DNA of 64,000 nucleotides from Candidatus Nomurabacteria bacterium (GCA_963842815.1 CAWJHU010000001.1:264708-328707), one strand, 5' to 3'; numbered from the stretch's first letter, positions 46,504 to 56,412 are shown. A program made the numbers and translations. The notes: generated by a model not told the origin, from the sequence alone.

Positions 46504-47481
46504 TTATGGCTGTTTTTTTCTTAACTCAAAACGTGTCAAGAAATAGTAAGCGAGAGCGACAAGGAAAGCGAGAGAGACAAATCCCACAAGAAGTATCTTC
46601 CATGGAAGCACCCAGAAGGATAAATTTACATCCTGATATAAATCGCTGTATCCTTTATTCAAGTGAAGACTAGCCGTGTAATAGCCAAGGCTAAAACCGG
46701 CGGTCCAGTCCACATCTCTGTATCTGGTGGAATCCGGAAGCACGAAATAGGCATCTACCGGCAGTGAACTGACAACTTTGCCGAACATATTTTTGATGGT
46801 TATCATTCCGTAGGGAACAAGATGGACATTTCCTGTATTTTTATAGGCGATTTCAAATCCTTCCGGCCTTGCGTCGTAAAAAGCTTTCTGCGGTCCGATC
46901 AGTTTGAAACTTTCAACATTTCCTTCTTCTTTTCCTTCGCCGTTTATTTTAAGCAAAAAAAGCGAACCGATTCTGGAAATAATTCTCGTTTGCCCCTGCA
47001 CTTCGGCGGAGCCTCCGCTTGTCAAAGTGTCCGGTTCATTGGAAACAATAAGCGCTCCATAATATCCCCGCGGTTCGGCATTTTTGGGAACGGAGATGGT
47101 CACCGGAATGACAATTTTTTCTCCCAGCTCCAGAGAAAATTCGCTGATTTCAGGAACAATAAAATCTTTCAGAGAATATGGACTATGGGTATCGCCCAAA
47201 AGCACCACTGGCTGTTTCGGGTCGTCGGTTCCCACAAAATCTTCGGTGGTAAGTTTAAATTTAACGGTTTTATTTATACGGTTGGTGATGGTAATATTTT
47301 TCACCATGTTCTCTCCGGGATTCAAAAACACTTCCGTCTTTCCGGGTTCTACCACGAAATCATTTTGAGCAACCATATTTGTTTTGCTTTTTTGGAAAGC
47401 CGATGAATACCGAGGCGCAACAACACCACCAAGAATGATAGATATGGCGATTATATATAAAAATTTTTTCATATTAGACAA
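46504..47481 (-). CDS. secreted protein with C-terminal TM anchor (architecture like DUF916/DUF3324 CscA-type cell-surface proteins)
   Basis: 325 aa, signal peptide, beta-rich body, C-terminal ILLVGFVSLAFLVALAYYFL + RFELRKKQP. The DUF916 assignment is by architecture only. Confidence 0.4.
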   Translation of the reverse strand: MSNMKKFLYIIAISIILGGVVAPRYSSAFQKSKTNMVAQNDFVVEPGKTEVFLNPGENMVKNITITNRINKTVKFKLTTEDFVGTDDPKQPVVLLGDTHSPYSLKDFIVPEISEFSLELGEKIVIPVTISVPKNAEPRGYYGALIVSNEPDTLTSGGSAEVQGQTRIISRIGSLFLLKINGEGKEEGNVESFKLIGPQKAFYDARPEGFEIAYKNTGNVHLVPYGMITIKNMFGKVVSSLPVDAYFVLPDSTRYRDVDWTAGFSLGYYTASLHLNKGYSDLYQDVNLSFWVLPWKILLVGFVSLAFLVALAYYFLTRFELRKKQP

Positions 47482-47499
47482 AAGATAAACAGCTCCGAA

Positions 47500-48342
47500 T
47501 TATAATGCCGTAGCCGTGGCGGTAATGGTGGCAGTATAAGTTCCGGAAGGCGCGTAAACGGAATTTTGCGCTGCGGCAAAACAAATTGTCGTTGCGATGC
47601 CGGCATTAGGAGTAACGGCAGCTCTTGTGGCGATTGTATGGTTGGACATAGAAAACCCCGCATAATTTTGAGAGCCATCCGGTACGCCGGCTGAACCGCA
47701 GGATGCGGCTGTTCCCCATGTTCCCGTATCCGTGTCGGTACCGTAGGCTGAATATCCGAATTCTTTATTCCCAACGCCTACGCTCCAGGTTGCGGGCGTA
47801 CCTCCCGCATGATAATCGGCAAACGAATTGCCACCGCTTACCAAAGCCGGAGAAGCGGATGCTTTTACCGCCAGGGTATATCCGTTGGTTGAATTTGTTT
47901 TAACCGTCCAGGAAGAAGAACCGATTGCCGAGTCGCTGGCTACGCCGATATTAGGGGCCATCAAAACATCTGCGCCGGCCGAAATGGTAATGCCTGAAGT
48001 AACATCAAGAGTGACATGAACATCATTGGTGCCGGCGAACTCCGCGGTAACAGTTATGTCTCCTACCACTGTTAAATCTGTTCTTGCGGCCGTTAATACA
48101 TCATCGCTCCATTTTACAAATAAATAACCGGCATCCGGTACGGCTGTTACCTCTGTTCCATCTCCACCTGCAGTTACCGTTTGCGGATTACTGCCGGTAA
48201 TGGAACCGCCGGTTGTTGGAATATAGGTCAGTGTGTAGGAAGTGGCGGCTACCACAAGCGGATAAAATTGAACCACAAAAAAAGTAAAGAGAGCCGCAAA
48301 ACCCAGCACAATTTTTTTATTAAAATTTATTTTTATTTTCAT
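47500..48342 (-). CDS. secreted protein with Listeria-Bacteroides-type repeat (Flg_new-like) and WxL-like C-terminal region; paralogue of 45720..46499
   Basis: Signal peptide; LTYIPTTGGSITGSNPQTVTAGGDGTEVTAVPDAGYLFVKWSDDVLTAARTDLTVVGDITVTAEF repeat; shared C-terminal block with 45720..46499. Confidence 0.45.
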   Translation of the reverse strand: MKIKINFNKKIVLGFAALFTFFVVQFYPLVVAATSYTLTYIPTTGGSITGSNPQTVTAGGDGTEVTAVPDAGYLFVKWSDDVLTAARTDLTVVGDITVTAEFAGTNDVHVTLDVTSGITISAGADVLMAPNIGVASDSAIGSSSWTVKTNSTNGYTLAVKASASPALVSGGNSFADYHAGGTPATWSVGVGNKEFGYSAYGTDTDTGTWGTAASCGSAGVPDGSQNYAGFSMSNHTIATRAAVTPNAGIATTICFAAAQNSVYAPSGTYTATITATATAL

Positions 48343-48546
48343 TTTTATTTTTCCGATTTATTAAAATTAATTCTCAGTAATGAAGTATATAAAAAAAACT
48401 TTTCAAAACAAAGCGTTTTTATCCACTGAATCCACATTATCCACAGGTCCTATTTTGGGGATACATTTTGTAATCTTTCTTAAGAAAAAATTTTGCAAAA
48501 TAAGTCAAAATACACTAAGATGTTTTGGTAGCCGAGTTTTGATTTT

Positions 48547-48619
<73 letters not shown>

Positions 48620-48626
48620 CCGGCAG

Positions 48627-48733
48627 GGGACAAAAGTAATCTTTAAAATGTCCGCATAAAATTCTGCTGAATTTTTGCTCAGGACTCGGCCCGTCGGCCT
48701 CCGTAGCCATTTTAAAAATTACTTTTGTCCCCT
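48627..48733. repeat. structured inter-tRNA spacer closed by a perfect 15-bp inverted repeat (GGGGACAAAAGTAAT / ATTACTTTTGTCCCC); contains a REP-C half-site (CGGCCTCCGTAGCC)
   Basis: Read directly from the sequence; the stem brings the 3' end of tRNA-Thr(GGT) next to the 5' end of tRNA-Thr(CGT). Confidence 0.5.
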
Positions 48734-48734
48734 T

Positions 48735-48807
48735 GCCACCCTAGCTCAGTTGGTAGAGCACCGCTTTCGTAAAGCGGGGGTCCGCAGTTCAATCCTGCGG
48801 GGTGGCT
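48735..48807 (+). tRNA. tRNA-Thr (anticodon CGT)
   Basis: GCCACCCTAGCTCAGTTGGTAGAGCACCGCTTTCGTAAAGCGGGGGTCCGCAGTTCAATCCTGCGGGGTGGCT has anticodon stem CCGCT/AGCGG and loop TTCGTAA. Confidence 0.7.
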
Positions 48808-48808
48808 C

Positions 48809-49693
48809 ATGGATAATGAAAATTTAAAATTGGAAGAAGAAATAAAAAAGCTTGAAGAAGAAACTCAAGGAGTAAATTTTTGGAATGACAAAAATAAAGC
48901 GCAAGAAACATTAAAAAAAATTGCGGAACTCAAAGACAAACTTGCCGGCGCTGAAAAATACGACAAGGATAATGCCATCATTACCATAATTTCCGGCGCA
49001 GGGGGAGAAGACGCCGAAGATTTTGCCCGGATGCTTTTGGATATGTATATGAAATATGCCGAGAAAAAAAAATGGGAAATATTTTTTATCCACGAACACA
49101 AAAATGATAACGGCGGATACAGAAATGTTTCTTTTGAAATGCAAGGAAAGGGAGCCTACGGAATATTAAAAAAAGAGTCCGGAGTACATCGGATGGTGCG
49201 CATCTCGCCCTTTGACGCGAAAAAATTAAGGCATACTTCTTTTGTGCTGGTTGAAGTTCTGCCGAAATTTTCCAAGCTGGAAGAAAAAGATATTATCATC
49301 CCGGAACGTGACATAAGAATAGAATACAGCCGTTCCAGTGGTCCTGGCGGGCAGAATGTGAACAAAAGAGAGACGGCTGTCCGGCTTATTCATATTCCTA
49401 CTAATATTGCCGTGCATTCTTCCGAAGAACGGTCCCAGGAGCAGAATCGGGAACGGGCCATGTCCATCCTGCGGGCAAAAATTTTCAAAAAAGCCGAAGA
49501 AGAGAAAAAAAGCGTAGAAGAAAGTATGAAACTTAAGAATACGGAGATAGAATGGGGGAGTCAGATACGTTCCTATGTATTGCATCCCTATAAAATGGTT
49601 AAAGACCACCGCACTGGCGCAGAAACCTCTAATATAGATGAAGTTTTAGCCGGAAATCTTGATTTATTCATTGAGGCGGAGAAGAATTTGTGA
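48809..49693 (+). CDS. prfB: peptide chain release factor 2 (N-terminally short form; no programmed +1 frameshift site evident)
   Basis: SPF motif (RISPFDAKK), GGQ motif (SGPGGQNVNKRETAVRLIHIPT), C-terminal ...WGSQIRSYVLHPYKMVKDHRTG. The ORF starts 1 nt after tRNA-Thr and aligns to E. coli RF2 from about residue 40 onward. Confidence 0.75.
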   Translation: MDNENLKLEEEIKKLEEETQGVNFWNDKNKAQETLKKIAELKDKLAGAEKYDKDNAIITIISGAGGEDAEDFARMLLDMYMKYAEKKKWEIFFIHEHKNDNGGYRNVSFEMQGKGAYGILKKESGVHRMVRISPFDAKKLRHTSFVLVEVLPKFSKLEEKDIIIPERDIRIEYSRSSGPGGQNVNKRETAVRLIHIPTNIAVHSSEERSQEQNRERAMSILRAKIFKKAEEEKKSVEESMKLKNTEIEWGSQIRSYVLHPYKMVKDHRTGAETSNIDEVLAGNLDLFIEAEKNL

Positions 49694-49705
49694 TAGAATA
49701 AAAAG

Positions 49706-50386
49706 GTGATTTATTTTAACAACGTTTCAAAAATCTATAACAAAGATTCGGTGGCCTTGGATGATGTTACCTTGACCATTACGGCGGGGGAATTTGTTTC
49801 CATCGTAGGACATTCCGGTGCCGGCAAGACCACTCTCGTCAAAATGATTTTAGCAGACGACGTTCCGACCAATGGAACGGTTTTTTTTGAGTCCATAAAT
49901 GTATTTAAATTAAAAAACAAGGATTTAACCAAGCTGAGGAGAAGAATCGGCGTAGTCTTTCAGGATTTTAAATTGCTTCCCAATAAAACTGCCTATGAAA
50001 ATATCGCTTTTGCCATGGAGGCCGTTGGCAAGACCAATGAAGAAATAGAAAGCGATGTTCCTCATGTTCTGGAACTGGTTGATTTAAGCAACAGAATGTT
50101 TCATTTCCCCAATCAGATGTCCGGAGGGGAACAACAACGTTTGGCCATTGCCCGGGCCATCATTAATCAGCCGGAACTTATTATCGCCGATGAACCGACA
50201 GGGAATTTGGATGCCATCAACACATATGAGATAGTTCAAATTTTAAAGAAGATAAATGATTTAGGGACGACGGTTATTTTAACGACCCATAATCGCGGGG
50301 TGATTGATTCCATTAAAAAAAGAGTAATTACCATGGAAAAAGGCAAAATTATCAGAGATGACAAAGATGGGAAGTATGTTGTATAA
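49706..50386 (+). CDS. ftsE: cell-division ABC transporter ATP-binding protein FtsE
   Basis: Walker A GHSGAGKTT, ABC signature LSGGEQQR, Walker B LIIADEPTGNLD. Confidence 0.85.
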   Translation: MIYFNNVSKIYNKDSVALDDVTLTITAGEFVSIVGHSGAGKTTLVKMILADDVPTNGTVFFESINVFKLKNKDLTKLRRRIGVVFQDFKLLPNKTAYENIAFAMEAVGKTNEEIESDVPHVLELVDLSNRMFHFPNQMSGGEQQRLAIARAIINQPELIIADEPTGNLDAINTYEIVQILKKINDLGTTVILTTHNRGVIDSIKKRVITMEKGKIIRDDKDGKYVV

Positions 50387-50398
50387 TGGCTATTATCT

Positions 50399-51323
50399 AT
50401 GGTAATGATTGAACTAAAAAGAATAATAAAAGCGGGGTTCCTAAACTTTACCAGAAGCGGAATTATTTCTTGGGCGGCTGTCCTGGTGGTTACCATTACG
50501 CTTTCGGTTATTACCACGATTATTTTACTGCAGGCGGTTTTGCATTTTTCCTTGAACCAAATAAAAGACAAAGTGGATGTGACAATTTATTTTAATGTGG
50601 GCGCGCCGGAAAGCAGTATTTTGTCTTTAAAACAATCTCTGGAAGGTTTGCCGGAAGTGGCGCAGGTTTCCTACACCAGCGCGGATGATGCCCTGAAACT
50701 TTTCCGAGAGCGCCATCAGGGCGATTACTCCACCATTGCCGCTTTGGATGAGATACAAAATAATCCACTGGGAGGCTATCTCAATGTTAAGGCTAAAGAA
50801 ATTTCTCAATATGAAAGCATTGCCAATTTTCTGAAGTCGGAACAATGCGCTTGTTTCAGGCTCCACTTCCATCATAGATAAGGTAAATTATAATCAAAAT
50901 AAAATGGTTATAGACAGATTGAACAACATAATATCCGGCGCGCAAAAATTGGGTTTTCTGATAACGCTCATTTTGGTAATTATTTCCATCATTATTACTT
51001 TTAACACCATTCGGCTGACCATTTTTATTTCCAAAGAAGAAATAGGAGTAATGCGTTTAGTGGGGGCAAGCAAAATGCGAGTACGCGGGCCTTTTATGGT
51101 GGAGGGTGCTATTTATGGGATTATTGCCACAGTCATAACTCTGATTCTTTTCTTCCCGCTTACCATTTATCTGGGTCATAATATGGCCAGATTTTTAGGA
51201 CTCAATATTTATGATTATTATCTTTCTAATTTATTTCAAATTTTCATAATTATTTTATTATCAGGGGTTCTTTTGGGCGTGATTTCCAGTTTCTTTGCAA
51301 CTAGGAAATATTTAAATAAATAA
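50399..51323 (+). CDS. ftsX: cell-division permease FtsX, interrupted by a frameshift near 50840 (track ORFs 50399..50881 and 50904..51323)
   Basis: First ORF gives the N-terminal TM and periplasmic domain (..PEVAQVSYTSADDALKLFRERHQGDYSTIAALDE..NPLGGYLNVKAKE). Second gives the C-terminal 3-TM region (TFNTIRLTIFISKEEIGVMRLVGASKMRVRGPFMVEG). The -1 frame across 50840-50905 reads ..SNNALVSGSTSIIDKVNYNQNKMV.. and joins them. Confidence 0.6.
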
Positions 51324-51326
51324 AAA

Positions 51327-52973
51327 ATGTCAAAACAAACGAAATACATTTTTGTCATAGGAGGAGTTATTTCCGGAGTGGGGAAGGGTATAACTTCATC
51401 CTCTCTGGGACTTATTTTAAAAAATCGCGGGCTTTCGGTAACCGCCATAAAAATTGATCCTTATATTAATGTGGATGCCGGCACCATGAATCCTACCGAG
51501 CACGGAGAAGTTTTTGTGTTGAAAGACGGCGATGAAACGGACCAGGATATGGGCAATTACGAGAGATTTCTTGATATAAATTTGACTCGCATAAATTATA
51601 TGACCACAGGCCGGGTGTACAAGACCGTTATAGAAAAAGAACGCAATTTGGAATATAAAGGCAAGTGCGTGGAAGTGGTCCCGCATATTCCCCTTGAAGT
51701 CATCGGGCGTATTAAGGAAGCCGGTAAGAATGCCAAGGCGGATGTGGTGATCATTGAAATCGGAGGAACCGTCGGAGAATATCAGAATATGCTCTTTTTG
51801 GAAGCCGCCAGAATGATGAAGCTCGCATCCCCCAAGGATGTTTTTTTTGTCATGGTTTCCTATTTGCCCACGCCCCAAACGGTCGGCGAAATGAAAACCA
51901 AACCGACCCAGCATGCTGTCCGGGCGCTGAATGCTTCGGGTATTCAGCCGGATGTTTTAATAGCCCGAGCCAATGTCAGTCTGGATAAAAAAAGAAAAGA
52001 AAAAATTTCTCTTTTCTGCAACGTGCCGGCGGACAGAATAATTTCCGCTCCGGATGTTGATAGCATCTATGACATACCCCTTAATTTTGAAAAAGAAAAA
52101 CTTTCGGACAGGCTTTGCGATGTTCTGGGTGTTTCGGCCAAAAAACCGGACGCAAAAACCTGGAGAAAGTGGAAAAATTTTGCCAAACATTCGCACAACG
52201 GCCAAAAGACGGTGAAAATCGCCATGGTGGGAAAATATTTTGAAACGGGAGATTTTATCTTGTCCGATTCATATTTGTCCGTCATTGAAGCGCTCAAATA
52301 TTCCTGCTATATCCAGAATAGAAAACCGGTTTTAACCTGGCTCAATTCCGCCGATTTTGAGAAACCCGCCAAGCTGAAAGAATTAAAAAAATATGACGGC
52401 ATTATCATTCCCGGAGGCTTCGGCTCCCGGGGGGTGGAGGGAAATTTGAATGTTATAAAATTTGTCCGGGAAAATAAAATTCCTTACTTCGGCCTTTGCT
52501 ACGGAATGCAGATGATGGTCATAGAATACGCGCGTAATATTCTGAAATTGAAAGATGCCAATACCAGGGAAGTGAACCCCAGTTCAAAAAATCTGGTGAT
52601 AGACATTATGGAATCGCAGAAAGAAATTTTAAAAAATAATTTATATGGAGGCAGTATGCGTTTAGGGGAATACAAAGCAATTCTGCGGGATGGCACGGTG
52701 GCAAGAAATGCCTACGGAAAAAAGGAAATAATAGAAAGGCATCGCCATCGTTATGAGGTGAATCCCGCTTTCATCGGCGATTTGGAAGCCAAAGGGTTGA
52801 TATTCTCCGGCCGTTCCCCGGACGGACATTTAATGGAAATAGCCGAACTTCCGAAAAAGAAACATCCATTTTTCCTGGGTACCCAATTCCATCCGGAATT
52901 TCTTTCGCGCCCGCTGTCGCCTCATCCTCTTTTTACGGCTTTCATAAAAGCCTGCATTGATAAAAAGCGATGA
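51327..52973 (+). CDS. pyrG: CTP synthase
   Basis: KYIFVIGGVISGVGKGITSSSLGLILK N-terminus; glutamine amidotransferase domain with GLCYGMQ nucleophile and HRHRYEVN. Confidence 0.9.
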   Translation: MSKQTKYIFVIGGVISGVGKGITSSSLGLILKNRGLSVTAIKIDPYINVDAGTMNPTEHGEVFVLKDGDETDQDMGNYERFLDINLTRINYMTTGRVYKTVIEKERNLEYKGKCVEVVPHIPLEVIGRIKEAGKNAKADVVIIEIGGTVGEYQNMLFLEAARMMKLASPKDVFFVMVSYLPTPQTVGEMKTKPTQHAVRALNASGIQPDVLIARANVSLDKKRKEKISLFCNVPADRIISAPDVDSIYDIPLNFEKEKLSDRLCDVLGVSAKKPDAKTWRKWKNFAKHSHNGQKTVKIAMVGKYFETGDFILSDSYLSVIEALKYSCYIQNRKPVLTWLNSADFEKPAKLKELKKYDGIIIPGGFGSRGVEGNLNVIKFVRENKIPYFGLCYGMQMMVIEYARNILKLKDANTREVNPSSKNLVIDIMESQKEILKNNLYGGSMRLGEYKAILRDGTVARNAYGKKEIIERHRHRYEVNPAFIGDLEAKGLIFSGRSPDGHLMEIAELPKKKHPFFLGTQFHPEFLSRPLSPHPLFTAFIKACIDKKR

Positions 52974-53329
52974 ACCCCAAGCAAAAAAAAATAATAACCA
53001 TTGCCATAATTATTTTGGGCGTATTCTCCTGGATATACGTTGCTCTTGATATATATAGGCTGGAAAATAATCAAAATTTTCCCTGGCAAAATTATTACAA
53101 ACAACCTGTTTTAATCTCGGATATTTCCTCCTGGATGACCTTTGACTATATAAATAAAGTATTTAATTTGCCCCCGGCTTATCTGAAAGAAAAACTCCTG
53201 GTAAATGACACAAGGTATCCTCTTCTTACCCTAAGACAATATTCCAGAAGGACAAAAATCAGCACCAATGGATTTATTATAAACCTGCAGAACGCTGTCA
53301 AAGCATATCTGACACCTTCAACCCCTTAA
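52970..53329 (+). CDS. hypothetical membrane-anchored protein
   Basis: 119-aa ORF with N-terminal TM (IITIAIIILGVFSWIYVALDIY), overlapping the pyrG stop. Confidence 0.35.
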   Translation: MNPKQKKIITIAIIILGVFSWIYVALDIYRLENNQNFPWQNYYKQPVLISDISSWMTFDYINKVFNLPPAYLKEKLLVNDTRYPLLTLRQYSRRTKISTNGFIINLQNAVKAYLTPSTP

Positions 53330-53336
53330 AACTATA

Positions 53337-53933
53337 ATGAATGTCTTTCTTTCAGCCATATTATCCTATCTTTTACTCTATAAATACACAGCTCTTTTTG
53401 TTATAACTTTTTTGGCGTCTTTATTATTGCCTTTGCCTTCGGACACGGCCCTTTTAGCCACCGGAGCTTTTGCCGGACAGGGATTTCTGAACATATATGT
53501 TGTGATTTTTTTGGCGCTGGGAGGCAGTATTTTGGGGGATATCGCCGGTTTTTTGATTGCCCGCCGCTATGGCAAAGAATTTTTAATGAAAATAGGTCTC
53601 CGTAAAATGATAGCTTCGGAAAAATTTATCAGTCTGGAAAAATTTATTGATAAAAATTACGGTCCGACTATTTTTATTACCCGTTTTATCGGCCAGTTGG
53701 GGCCTCTGGTAAATATTCTGAGTGGCTTGTCGGACATAACATTTAAAGAATTTTTTTCTTATGCCGTAGCGGGGGAATTTACCAATACTATTATTCTGGG
53801 CGTAGCCGGATATTTTCTGGGAAGCGAATGGGAAGATTTTACCCTGGTTATTGAATTTGCCGGCGTGGCAATTATCGTTATGATTATTGCTTTTATTTTC
53901 GGTAAAATGTATTTCGGCAAACTCAAACACTAG
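53337..53933 (+). CDS. DedA/VTT-domain (SNARE-associated) family membrane protein
   Basis: PLPSDTALLATGAFAGQG..., GGSILGDIAGFLIARRYG, TIFITRFIGQLGPLVNILSG match the DedA family pattern. Confidence 0.75.
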   Translation: MNVFLSAILSYLLLYKYTALFVITFLASLLLPLPSDTALLATGAFAGQGFLNIYVVIFLALGGSILGDIAGFLIARRYGKEFLMKIGLRKMIASEKFISLEKFIDKNYGPTIFITRFIGQLGPLVNILSGLSDITFKEFFSYAVAGEFTNTIILGVAGYFLGSEWEDFTLVIEFAGVAIIVMIIAFIFGKMYFGKLKH

Positions 53934-53988
53934 CTAAAAAATGTTCCTTCATTAAGTCTTAATTTTTGTTTTATAGTATAATTACGAT

Positions 53989-54579
53989 ATGAAAACTATA
54001 AACAACAGAACAACCAAATATGAAATTGAAGATATTTTTTTAAAACGCTATTCGCCGAGGGCTTTTTCGGTGGAAATTCTTTCAGAAAACAAATTGATGG
54101 CTTTATTTGATGCCGCCCGCTGGGCTCCTTCTTCAAATAATATCCAGCCCTGGAGATTTTTATACGCCATACGCGGTACTTCCGACTTTGATTTATTTTT
54201 ATCTTTTCTGATGGAAAGCAACAGAGTTTGGTGCAAGAGCGCCGGAGCTTTGGTTATCGGCTTGTCTAAGAAAAATTCCGATGATGGAAAGTTTAATGCA
54301 AAACATTCCTTGGATACCGGTTCCGCCTGGGAAAATTTCGCCCTGCAGGCAACGGCCATGGGCCTAATTGCTCACGGAATGGGCGGATTTGACGGACAAT
54401 TATTGAGAGAAAAATTGAATATAAAAGAAGATTATGAAATAGAATTGATGATTGCCGTAGGCAAGCTCGGAAATGCCAAAGACCTGCCGGACTATTTACA
54501 AGAAAGGGAAAAACCCAGCGACAGGAAAAAACTTTCAGAAATTGTATTCAAAGGCGCAGAGGGAGCTAAAAAACTTTAA
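53989..54579 (+). CDS. nitroreductase-family protein
   Basis: RYSPRAF, ARWAPSSNNIQPWRFL and the later FMN-binding region are typical of the nitroreductase fold. Confidence 0.8.
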   Translation: MKTINNRTTKYEIEDIFLKRYSPRAFSVEILSENKLMALFDAARWAPSSNNIQPWRFLYAIRGTSDFDLFLSFLMESNRVWCKSAGALVIGLSKKNSDDGKFNAKHSLDTGSAWENFALQATAMGLIAHGMGGFDGQLLREKLNIKEDYEIELMIAVGKLGNAKDLPDYLQEREKPSDRKKLSEIVFKGAEGAKKL

Positions 54580-54836
54580 TACAAAGGCAAATCACCGTCT
54601 AAAAACCATCTATTTTGATATTTGACTAATTTTATTATTTCTCCGGATGAGAGTTTACATGTCCCATATGTATCTGTCTTTTCAAGTAGTTCCACACAAC
54701 CCCGAAATTTATAATAATTTTCAAATGAACTGTGGGCAATCCTTAAATAATTTATCCAATAAATACCAAAAGCAAGAAATATCAAAAACAGAACCGCAAC
54801 AAAAACTATATTTCTTTTTGTATAAAATTTTTGCAT
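54576..54836 (-). CDS. hypothetical small membrane protein
   Basis: 86-aa ORF with one TM helix (IVFVAVLFLIFLAFGIYWI); the 4-bp overlap with the nitroreductase stop is convergent. Confidence 0.3.
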   Translation of the reverse strand: MQKFYTKRNIVFVAVLFLIFLAFGIYWINYLRIAHSSFENYYKFRGCVELLEKTDTYGTCKLSSGEIIKLVKYQNRWFLDGDLPLY

Positions 54837-54838
54837 TG

Positions 54839-54909
54839 CTGGGAGACTTGGACTCGAACCAAGATAACATCCTCCAGAGGGATGTGTCCTACCATTAGAC
54901 GATCTCCCA
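54839..54909 (-). tRNA. tRNA-Gln (anticodon CTG)
   Basis: Reverse complement TGGGAGATCGTCTAATGGTAGGACACATCCCTCTGGAGGATGTTATCTTGGTTCGAGTCCAAGTCTCCCAG has a U1-A72 pair and G73 as in bacterial tRNA-Gln, with anticodon loop CTCTGGA. Confidence 0.65.
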
Positions 54910-54949
54910 ATGGCCTATATACAATAATACAAAATTAGCTTTTTATCAA

Positions 54950-55369
54950 ATGGATTTTATTTGCTATAATAAACCTATGAAATACTTTCACACGGCAATA
55001 TCGGTAAATAGTATAGAAAAATCGCAGGCATTTTATGAGTCGGTTTTTGGTTTAAAATTTCAATCAAAAGGGGGAAGACCAGAGCTCAAGATAAAATTTG
55101 TTAATTTGGAAGATGAAAGCGGAAATGTTATTGAACTTTTTGAACATGAAAATCCATTGCCATTAAAAGATGATTTGATGGATTTTCAGAAAGTGGGAAT
55201 TAAACATATTTCTTTTATTGTTGAAAATCTTGAAGAAGCGATAGAAAAAGCGACATCTTTTGGCGCCAAAATTGTTTGGCCCATAAAAGAGGGAATAACA
55301 GTCAAAAGACTCGCTTTCATTTCCGACCCAAATGGAATACCTATTGAATTGGTGGAATTAAAAGATTAA
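54950..55369 (+). CDS. VOC/glyoxalase-family protein (alternative start at 54977)
   Basis: MKYFHTAISVNSIEKSQAFYESVFGL...VGIKHISFIVENLEEAIEKA...PNGIPIELVE matches the glyoxalase fold. Confidence 0.65.
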   Translation: MDFICYNKPMKYFHTAISVNSIEKSQAFYESVFGLKFQSKGGRPELKIKFVNLEDESGNVIELFEHENPLPLKDDLMDFQKVGIKHISFIVENLEEAIEKATSFGAKIVWPIKEGITVKRLAFISDPNGIPIELVELKD

Positions 55370-55379
55370 TTATAAAAAT

Positions 55380-55844
55380 ATGAAAATTACTATTTGTGGT
55401 AGTATTGGGTTTTATAAAGAAATGGAATCTGCCAGAGATGAACTTTTAGAGCTTGGTCATGAGATAAAAATACCAGAATTAGCCCTTGAAGTTCCTAAGG
55501 AATTTGGAGGGGGCAAGAAAATGTATTTTGGTCAATACATTGAAGAAAACGGAGGCATTGATTCTTTTCCTGTTGGGAATAAAATATGGGATCTCAAAGA
55601 AAATGCAATAAGAGACCACTATGAAAAAATTAATTGGGCTGATGTGATTTTGGTAATTAATCAAGAGAAACGAGGTATCGCAGGATATATTGGCGGTAAT
55701 ACTCTTATTGAAATAAGGGTTGCTTTTTACTTTAAAAAACCAATTTTTATTTTAAATCCTGTGTCATCAGAACTTTCTTATAAACAAGAAATACTGGGCA
55801 TAAAACCAGTTATTTTGAATGGTAATTTAAATAATATTAAATAA
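55380..55844 (+). CDS. nucleoside 2-deoxyribosyltransferase-like / DNPH1-like N-glycosidase fold protein
   Basis: MKITICGSIGF (compare K-I-Y-L-A-G-P) at the N-terminus; C-terminal GNTLIEIRVAFYFKKPIFIL (compare sGTafEiGyAyalgKPvi, catalytic Glu). Confidence 0.45.
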   Translation: MKITICGSIGFYKEMESARDELLELGHEIKIPELALEVPKEFGGGKKMYFGQYIEENGGIDSFPVGNKIWDLKENAIRDHYEKINWADVILVINQEKRGIAGYIGGNTLIEIRVAFYFKKPIFILNPVSSELSYKQEILGIKPVILNGNLNNIK

Positions 55845-55848
55845 AATT

Positions 55849-56412
55849 ATGAATGATTATTTACAAATGTTAGAAATTGTTAACGAAAATGATAAAGTCA
55901 TTGGTCTTGAAAATCGTACAAAAATTCACAAAGAAGGGCTACTTCATCGTGAAATACACATTTGGTTTATTACCCCACAGGGGAAAATTATTTTTCAGCA
56001 TAGGGCAAAAGACAAAGACACATACCCCGATAAACTAGATGCAACCGTGGGGGGACACGTTGAACCCAATGCATCTTACGAAGAAACCGCCATTAAAGAA
56101 TGCAAAGAAGAAACAGGAATAAAAATAGACGTTAAAAAGCTTTTTTTTCTTGCGAAAATGAAAAAGAAAAGTTTTGATAAAGTAACCGGCTTAACAAATA
56201 ATACCATACGCAGTCAATACGCTTATTTATACGAGGGTTTAATAAAAGACTTACAAATTGAAAAGGGAAAGTCGGAAGGTTTTGAGGCCTGGAAAATTGA
56301 CGACTTATCAAATCTTTCTGAAAATGATAAAAGTAAATTCATCGGACTTATTCTCAACGAGGACATGTTAGCTCTTTTTAAAAAAGCAAAGGAAGCTCTA
56401 ATTAAAAAGTAG
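55849..56412 (+). CDS. NUDIX hydrolase
   Basis: Nudix box GGHVEPNASYEETAIKECKEETGI (Gx5Ex7REuxEExGu). Confidence 0.8.
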   Translation: MNDYLQMLEIVNENDKVIGLENRTKIHKEGLLHREIHIWFITPQGKIIFQHRAKDKDTYPDKLDATVGGHVEPNASYEETAIKECKEETGIKIDVKKLFFLAKMKKKSFDKVTGLTNNTIRSQYAYLYEGLIKDLQIEKGKSEGFEAWKIDDLSNLSENDKSKFIGLILNEDMLALFKKAKEALIKK

